Shown here piece after piece: positions 58,236-64,000 of a stretch of 64,000 nt of DNA. The notes under the pieces were generated by a model. It ran no database searches. It saw nothing but the letters and a program-made list of their open reading frames with translations, and was not told the origin of the DNA. A program made the position numbers and the translations under genes. Source of the stretch: a bacterium (GTDB taxonomy: Bacteria > Zhuqueibacterota > Zhuqueibacteria > Residuimicrobiales > Krinioviventaceae); contig CAXXFV010000003.1 of the NCBI GenBank assembly GCA_963674595.2, forward strand, positions 64,001-128,000, in the 5' to 3' direction. Each line of letters starts with the position of its first letter. Positions within the stretch are counted from its first letter, which is position 1.

Positions 58236-58805
58236 TTAAAGATTAATAGTTAATTGCTCGGAATAAGATTTTATTAAATCATTCCAGGGCTGTTTTTGAG
58301 ATAATAACGGCCATTTATGAGTTGTGGCCGCCAACTGATGTAATGCCTCAAATGTCAAATTCCCGACAAAACGATTGGCAAATTGAAACACATATCTTCC
58401 GATCAAGGCACTGTTTATCTCAGGGATATTTCTCAAATTCAACCGGAGAGTCTGTAAGGCAACCTGACGTTTCATATAGTCCTGATGCCTGGCACGGTTC
58501 CATTGTGACGGACTGATAAGGATATGTGAATCAAATATCTCTTTACAGATCGTCAGTTGTGTTTGAACGGCATGGGCATTCACCGCCCATGTCATTCTCC
58601 CGTTTGTTTGCCGGTCATGGTCCTCAATGACAGCAAAAGCAATATTGTGATGTTGTTTTGTTTTCTGTAACCTTTCACTGTAATCAAGGTGTCTAAAATA
58701 TTTTATTGTCCCGGTGTTTATATGTTTGCCATACTGGTCCCAGACTGTCAACCCGGTAAAACTACCGGGAGAAATACTCACAAAAGTTATATTATTCATA
58801 ATCAC
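58236..58805 (-). CDS. RuvC-like fold protein lacking the first acidic residue (copy 2)
   Basis: Paralog of 13981-14571. Confidence 0.5.
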   Translation of the reverse strand: MIMNNITFVSISPGSFTGLTVWDQYGKHINTGTIKYFRHLDYSERLQKTKQHHNIAFAVIEDHDRQTNGRMTWAVNAHAVQTQLTICKEIFDSHILISPSQWNRARHQDYMKRQVALQTLRLNLRNIPEINSALIGRYVFQFANRFVGNLTFEALHQLAATTHKWPLLSQKQPWNDLIKSYSEQLTINL

Positions 58806-58808
58806 ACC

Positions 58809-59435
58809 TTAATTGTTTTGGTTGGCAAGCCATGGTTTTAATTGATTGACTGTGGGATATTCAAGTTGTTTAGAAGCCATCCACTTCATGGCAGTAAACC
58901 CGCCACCATTTGTGTCAAAATCGATAATTCCAAAAATCAGTTTTCCCATAAGGGCAGAATCGGTTTGATGAGGATTTGGTAATTGTTCACCAAACATACT
59001 CCTGGCCCATTGCCGTTTAAAAGTATCATTTTTCCCTTGCCGGTTCCATTGGACGTGCAAGATTAAAATGTGATCCGGAAACACTTCTTTACATATCTGT
59101 ATTTGAATAGCGACCTTGAAAGAACCAGGCCTTTTCATGCCGATAAAAGGTTTGTAATCTTCCAGAAGAATAAATTCAACCTTGTACTCTTTTTTTATCT
59201 GTTCCAATAAAAGCTTGTATTGCTGAGTGTTTTTAAAGGGTAAATTCTTTGAACAAACCTTTGATCCGATACCGTCAAAAATACTGATACCGCCGGGATT
59301 GCCCGGATCAATAGCTCCCCAAAATCTGTTTAAATTCGACATCGCCTCCGTCTTTTGAGGCTCCAACAAAGCTGCAATAGAACTATTCTGCAATCGAATC
59401 ATGTCAAACTCCTGTTTTCTTTCCCAAATCATCAC
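58809..59435 (-). CDS. RuvC-like resolvase/nuclease (copy 2)
   Basis: WGAIDPGNPGG, ILLED, TDSALMG; paralog of 14561-15145. Confidence 0.55.
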   Translation of the reverse strand: MMIWERKQEFDMIRLQNSSIAALLEPQKTEAMSNLNRFWGAIDPGNPGGISIFDGIGSKVCSKNLPFKNTQQYKLLLEQIKKEYKVEFILLEDYKPFIGMKRPGSFKVAIQIQICKEVFPDHILILHVQWNRQGKNDTFKRQWARSMFGEQLPNPHQTDSALMGKLIFGIIDFDTNGGGFTAMKWMASKQLEYPTVNQLKPWLANQNN

Positions 59436-60109
59436 CTTTGAGATTCGCCTTGAATCTCTACATATTTAAACAACTTTTTATCCGACCAGCGGTCAACTAC
59501 ACGGGTGTATATTTCTATCTCTCTCAGTTGTTTACTGTCAAGATTTGTAGTGATGATAGTCGGTAATAAATTCGCGTACCGGTATTCCACAAAATCCTCA
59601 AATGAGGATACCGGAAAATCATGTTGATATTCTCTACCAAAATCATCAAGCAATAACAGCCTGCATTTTTTAAATTCATCAACCACCTTGTTTTTTTCAA
59701 AAAATAAACTGAAAATATGGTTGATAGAGGCAAACTTGACAGTACAAAACGGCTTGTATTTAACGGGATACCAGCCATCATTAAACTCGGATTTTGTAAT
59801 TTCACCCAAACCAAAAACAGATTTGGCGATATAACACAGGGCCGTTGTTTTACCGACTCCGACACTTCCACTAAAAACGATCCCTTGACCGGTACGAATA
59901 TTTTCTGCTAAATTTTTAACATAATTGAAAACAACAGAACTACCGACAAGCCTTTTTTTGTCAGTATCCCAATACATTCGACCGATACCAATTTCCAGCA
60001 AAAACGCTCGCAATTTTTCAGAGCGAAATGACTCGAACCGTTTGTTCTCCAAATCCTCGCGTTGCTGTCGGTCGAGTTGTTTGTTTCTTATAATTTCCGG
60101 TATTGCCAT
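59432..60109 (-). CDS. DnaC/IstB-like helicase loader ATPase
   Basis: GSVGVGKT, LLLDDFG, RY...PTIITTN. Confidence 0.85.
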   Translation of the reverse strand: MAIPEIIRNKQLDRQQREDLENKRFESFRSEKLRAFLLEIGIGRMYWDTDKKRLVGSSVVFNYVKNLAENIRTGQGIVFSGSVGVGKTTALCYIAKSVFGLGEITKSEFNDGWYPVKYKPFCTVKFASINHIFSLFFEKNKVVDEFKKCRLLLLDDFGREYQHDFPVSSFEDFVEYRYANLLPTIITTNLDSKQLREIEIYTRVVDRWSDKKLFKYVEIQGESQR

Positions 60110-60926
60110 TTTTTAATTTCCTCATGTATTTAGCAATGTTTGTTTTTGCAAAACCGATTGGTTTTGAAGGATTTATCAACATGAATAATCCTCCATTATT
60201 GACAAACCAGTCTTCTGCCTTGATGTTATCCACAGCAGTTTTCAATGCCTGAAAACCTGTCACGCCCCCTATCATATCCCCTGTACAAATAAGCTTTAAC
60301 CTCTTGTAAAGCAAATAATAAGGATCATCTTCTTTAAACTGATTTTTCTCAAGCATTGCTTTGTATTCAGGGTGAACATTTAAAAAAGATTCGATAATTT
60401 GGAAATCCTGAAGAGGAATCGTATTATAATTTCCTTTACTTTCCTTTTCTTTACTTTCCTTTTCTTTCCTTTGTGAATTAATGTTTACATTTTCGCGATT
60501 AATGTTGACATCAATTCTATTTATGTTGACATTTTGATCACCTAGTAAATAGTAATCTTCTTTCATATCAACATCCTTTCGTCTCTTTGTCGCTTCGATA
60601 TATCTTTTTTGGATCCCCCGACTTGTAAGAATCTGGAACCTATCAAAAATAGTTTTATCAAAAAAACCACGTCGGATCAATTCACTAACCACGCTACTCA
60701 CTAACGCATCTGTGACTCCATCACCCACACGTTTCGCAAATAACAAGCTTTCATCTTTTCCCCATTTAATATAGTATCCATTTCTATATATGCGACAAAG
60801 CAACTTTACAGCTATAATTTCACCCTTAATACCAAACTTTGCACTTATAAACTCTATCTTTTCATCCTCGAAAAAATCAACATCAAATGAAAAATAATCT
60901 AATCCAGACTTTAGAACGTTCGCCAT
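60018..60926 (-). CDS. Phage replication initiator (DUF4373-like)
   Basis: GLDYFSFDVDFF.D.K, LLCRIY.NGYY, ILTSRGIQKRY; low-complexity linker with repeats. Confidence 0.8.
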   Translation of the reverse strand: MANVLKSGLDYFSFDVDFFEDEKIEFISAKFGIKGEIIAVKLLCRIYRNGYYIKWGKDESLLFAKRVGDGVTDALVSSVVSELIRRGFFDKTIFDRFQILTSRGIQKRYIEATKRRKDVDMKEDYYLLGDQNVNINRIDVNINRENVNINSQRKEKESKEKESKGNYNTIPLQDFQIIESFLNVHPEYKAMLEKNQFKEDDPYYLLYKRLKLICTGDMIGGVTGFQALKTAVDNIKAEDWFVNNGGLFMLINPSKPIGFAKTNIAKYMRKLKNGNTGNYKKQTTRPTATRGFGEQTVRVISL

Positions 60927-60970
60927 TCAGATATTCCTTTTCCATTTGTTTGTGTCTGTCAGACGGATCA

Positions 60971-61531
60971 TTAATTGTTGTCCTCGTCCGCTTCGATCTG
61001 CTCGATCGATTCTTCCTGCACGTCCAATTCATCCTGGTCGGTAAAATCATTAACGCCAATATCTATAGTTTCATTGTCGTTTTCCTGCTCATCATCAACT
61101 ATGTAAAAATCCGGATCGTCGTTTTCTTCATTTACTTCACTGAATTCGGCATCTTCAATATCACCGTTGTTTTCAGAAAGCATCAAAGGTTCCTGAGATT
61201 CCGGCTCCGGCTCGGCTTCGGGCTGTTCTGAATCAAAATCAAACTCTGCTTGTTCTTTATCCTTGTATTGTTTAAATAAATCCAACTGAGGGTCTTGAAT
61301 AAGAACTTCGACTGTAACATTTTGCATTTCTGATAGCTGTGAAAACTTTTCAAAGTCTCTTACGGTCCATTTGATAACCAACTTTCCTTCTATACCTTCA
61401 CCTTTTCGGGCACTAATGACCTGCTCAATAGTCCCTTTTAATTTTACTTCGCCTTGCATTTTTTTCTCACTTTCGATTTTTATTGTTAAATGCCTCTGTA
61501 CAAGTTTCTCGAATTTTCCAACAAACGACAT
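60971..61531 (-). CDS. Hypothetical phage protein with acidic tail
   Basis: ORF in the phage operon; start may be MQGEVKL. Confidence 0.5.
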   Translation of the reverse strand: MSFVGKFEKLVQRHLTIKIESEKKMQGEVKLKGTIEQVISARKGEGIEGKLVIKWTVRDFEKFSQLSEMQNVTVEVLIQDPQLDLFKQYKDKEQAEFDFDSEQPEAEPEPESQEPLMLSENNGDIEDAEFSEVNEENDDPDFYIVDDEQENDNETIDIGVNDFTDQDELDVQEESIEQIEADEDNN

Positions 61532-61734
61532 GCAAGATAATGCATCGCAGCTTGTGGCAAACTATTTTTTAAAGCGTTGTACATTTTGTCGGCAACATCC
61601 CTGTAGAAATCAACCAATTCATCCAACTTTAATGCACCCATTTCAGGCAATTTTTCGTTTATATGAATAATTGTATCCGGAACAGCTTCATTATTTGTTA
61701 TTGGATCTGCTTTTGGTACATGAATTTCAACCAT
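61486..61734 (-). CDS. Hypothetical phage protein
   Basis: ORF in the co-oriented run. Confidence 0.5.
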   Translation of the reverse strand: MVEIHVPKADPITNNEAVPDTIIHINEKLPEMGALKLDELVDFYRDVADKMYNALKNSLPQAAMHYLACRLLENSRNLYRGI

Positions 61735-61754
61735 ATTTTTTCACCTTTCACTTT

Positions 61755-62072
61755 TCAAACCACTCTTTTACGAGCGAACCGTCCGCCGCGTCTTGGTAAA
61801 GGCTTCCAACCGGCTGCACGATCACTTTTAATCATCCTCACAACATCATCAATGTGTTTCTTTTTCAAAGCAAGAAAAGCCGTAACGCACTCCCCGCCGA
61901 TGAACCACCAACCTTCACCTTTCTCCGGAGGATTATACTCCCAGGTTTTCAGTTTTTTAACTTCCCGGTGTAATCCGTTAGTATCGCCCTGCCAGTCACC
62001 AACCTGACCGCGCTTTGCTTTTTCCAATTTCCAGAAAATACCGCCGCATGGAGCTTTTTCTATAATCATCAC
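61755..62072 (-). CDS. Hypothetical phage protein
   Basis: ORF with RBS in the co-oriented run. Confidence 0.5.
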   Translation of the reverse strand: MMIIEKAPCGGIFWKLEKAKRGQVGDWQGDTNGLHREVKKLKTWEYNPPEKGEGWWFIGGECVTAFLALKKKHIDDVVRMIKSDRAAGWKPLPRRGGRFARKRVV

Positions 62073-62131
62073 AATTCCTTCATTTTAATCCGGGCCGCCG
62101 TAGTTAAACAACGACCCGGGCGGGTGAAAAC

Positions 62132-63319
62132 TTACAATAACGATCCCTGTTTGCTCCACTCTTCACGGACCTTAGTGAAAACAAGAATGGTATTTTGTTT
62201 GACTTGATCGTTCATCTGAGTACTGAGAAGTTCATCGATTGATGAGTAACCAAGAGTACCGATTGTGTCACTAATGACATTGGCCGGTAACCCCTTTACT
62301 AATTCTTTTACTTTATCGGAAAAGGTAACTTTTTTATCAGGCTGACTCGGTTTTTCTTCCTGAGTATTTTGGCTGCCGGCAGGTTCGGATGGTTGTTGAA
62401 TTTTGCCGTTCTGTTTTTTCTGTTCCTCGACAACTTCTTCATAGTCGGCATCTTCAACCTGGTCAGCTTCCTTATGATCCCAATCAAATTCGATTTTATT
62501 AAGATCGACTTCTTTGGTGTGTTTATCAAAACTATCAGGAGTTATCACGGCCTCATCAGCAGCGACTTTACGATAATCATCCACCTGTAAAGGCTGCCGT
62601 TTCAAAAGCCGCTTTAACACTGTTTTTCGCCACATTTCCGGTTCATCCGTGTTCCAGGGTGAGTAACTTGAATCTTTTGCCTGGGATTTGGCTTTTACAT
62701 GCAGAATATCTTCACGATTCATCACTTCAAAATCATAAGCCTGATCTTTATATTTGATAATCGCATAAGCATACTTTAAATCTCCCCGGTTCTCCAATGT
62801 CGGTTTGTGCTGTACATCCGGATAAAGTCCGTATTGAAAAGCAAACTTGTCACTCTCATAGACAACATGGGCATATATTGAAGCAACATCACCGGTACGC
62901 CGAATCAGTTGTATAAGCCCCTTGTAACCTATTTGGAATTGAACTTCTTTAGATTTTATGTTCTTATTATAATAAGGAACGAAATAACATTGTCCCAGAT
63001 GCGGCGTAGGGTCCAAATTAAGAATGGATGATTGCAGAACAGCGCCGATAATACTTTGGGCCGTGCAATTTTTAATATCAAGATTTGCACTGATAACAGT
63101 CGTACAAACCTGTAATATACGCTCAGGAGTAACATGATTCGGAAGCACCTGGGCAATCTGTAGTTTATAAGAATCTAAAATATCTCTTATATTGTTTGCC
63201 TTAAGCCCTGACATCGTTCGGGGGACCAGCTTTTCATTTCCGTTTTCACCGTTTGAATTATTACTATTCGTTTTTAAAGCATTTTTAGCTTTATCAGCAA
63301 CAGCCATATTCATATCCAT
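62132..63319 (-). CDS. recT: RecT recombinase
   Basis: LG.CYFVPY, QFQIGYKGLIQL..R, SPW.TD..EM.RKTVLKRLLK. Confidence 0.92.
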   Translation of the reverse strand: MDMNMAVADKAKNALKTNSNNSNGENGNEKLVPRTMSGLKANNIRDILDSYKLQIAQVLPNHVTPERILQVCTTVISANLDIKNCTAQSIIGAVLQSSILNLDPTPHLGQCYFVPYYNKNIKSKEVQFQIGYKGLIQLIRRTGDVASIYAHVVYESDKFAFQYGLYPDVQHKPTLENRGDLKYAYAIIKYKDQAYDFEVMNREDILHVKAKSQAKDSSYSPWNTDEPEMWRKTVLKRLLKRQPLQVDDYRKVAADEAVITPDSFDKHTKEVDLNKIEFDWDHKEADQVEDADYEEVVEEQKKQNGKIQQPSEPAGSQNTQEEKPSQPDKKVTFSDKVKELVKGLPANVISDTIGTLGYSSIDELLSTQMNDQVKQNTILVFTKVREEWSKQGSLL

Positions 63320-63326
63320 GTCCCTC

Positions 63327-64000
63327 CTATCTTAAGCACAGTCTAAAAGTTCGGTACCCGTCTTTGGGCTCAACATACTGATTATAGATATCCGGGTTCT
63401 CTGACTGGAATTTGTCTTTATTAAATTGGTTCCCGTCTTTATTCTTTTTAAAAGTCGCTACTTTTTGACCATGAAATACGATGGTCTCTGCATCGGCCAT
63501 CATGATCTTGAAGGACTCTTTTAATTTGTTTTCACGATCATCAAGTAATTTCTTTGCAGACTGGATACGTTTTAACTTGAGTGCTAAATTGAACGTATTT
63601 TCTGTTGCTTCGATAATTTTCCCGGCTTCTTCTTTTGGATAAAGATATTTGATATCGCTTTCATTTCTCGGTTCCGGGGGATTTTGTTTGACAATATGAT
63701 CTTCCCAAAAACCTACGAGCTGGTCCGTCATCAAATCAACAAACTCTTTATCATATTCAACTGGGATAACCTGAAAGTCACGACCGTCAACAAGGACGGC
63801 AAACTCACCCCATTTATGACCGGTAACACTAAAATAATGCTGTATCTGTGAATAATATTGCAAAGGTAAACCGTCATCTGCCCAGCTTTTAAATGCCCAG
63901 CCCGAAGCGGTTTTAACTTCCAAAACTCCGGTCCCTTTACCGTTTCCATTAGCTGTAATCAACCGGTCAATGTTTGCAATTAAAAATTCATGTTTTGAAT
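63327..64000 (-). CDS. YqaJ-like viral recombinase exonuclease (N-terminus outside the window)
   Basis: ANIDR, VLEVKT, YY.QIQHY..VTG; adjacent to recT. Confidence 0.88.
   Translation of the reverse strand, partial: SKHEFLIANIDRLITANGNGKGTGVLEVKTASGWAFKSWADDGLPLQYYSQIQHYFSVTGHKWGEFAVLVDGRDFQVIPVEYDKEFVDLMTDQLVGFWEDHIVKQNPPEPRNESDIKYLYPKEEAGKIIEATENTFNLALKLKRIQSAKKLLDDRENKLKESFKIMMADAETIVFHGQKVATFKKNKDGNQFNKDKFQSENPDIYNQYVEPKDGYRTFRLCLR

Larger units (their letters stand above)
53065..64000 (-). mobile_element. Prophage region, unit 2 (continues past the window end)
   Basis: Terminase subunits, HNH, DnaC, replication initiator, RecT, YqaJ, all co-oriented. Confidence 0.9.

Noticed and set aside
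59432-60109. ATPase as an IS21 IstB or a Tn7-like TnsC (CAST)
   Set aside because: Follows a phage replication initiator with no transposase nearby; DnaC-like loader is the simpler call

Overview
AT-rich bacterial window. The T9SS/FlgD-type 'QNYPNPFN' C-terminal domains suggest a KSB1/Calditrichota/FCB-type host (inference). It holds two related but diverged prophage-derived units flanking a type III-D CRISPR-Cas locus. From left to right: the end of an IS21 element; a frameshifted cas2 with orphan array 1; unit 1 (portal fragment capped by a CRISPR repeat, cargo of secreted propeller proteins plus an Hsp70/GrpE/TerB/TM module, phage early genes, repressor, dead integrase); the type III-D operon with Cami1-like, Crn2-like, TM-CARF and Card1/Can2 accessories and an unexplained TM protein + vWA lipoprotein pair; cas6; array 2, interrupted by IS3; an RT-TPR-AEP primase-polymerase fusion with a YSDN motif; cas1-cas2; array 3; and unit 2 (the same repeat-capped portal fragment, an inverted-integrase integron with two cassettes, terminase, a putative DNA-modification module, replication genes and RecT/YqaJ). 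The most unusual signals are the identical CRISPR-repeat/portal junction present twice, a three-copy promoter plus structured-RNA element at cargo borders, a cryptic repeat-like mini-array, and the RT-CAPP fusion. All annotation is by-eye motif recognition; no searches were run.
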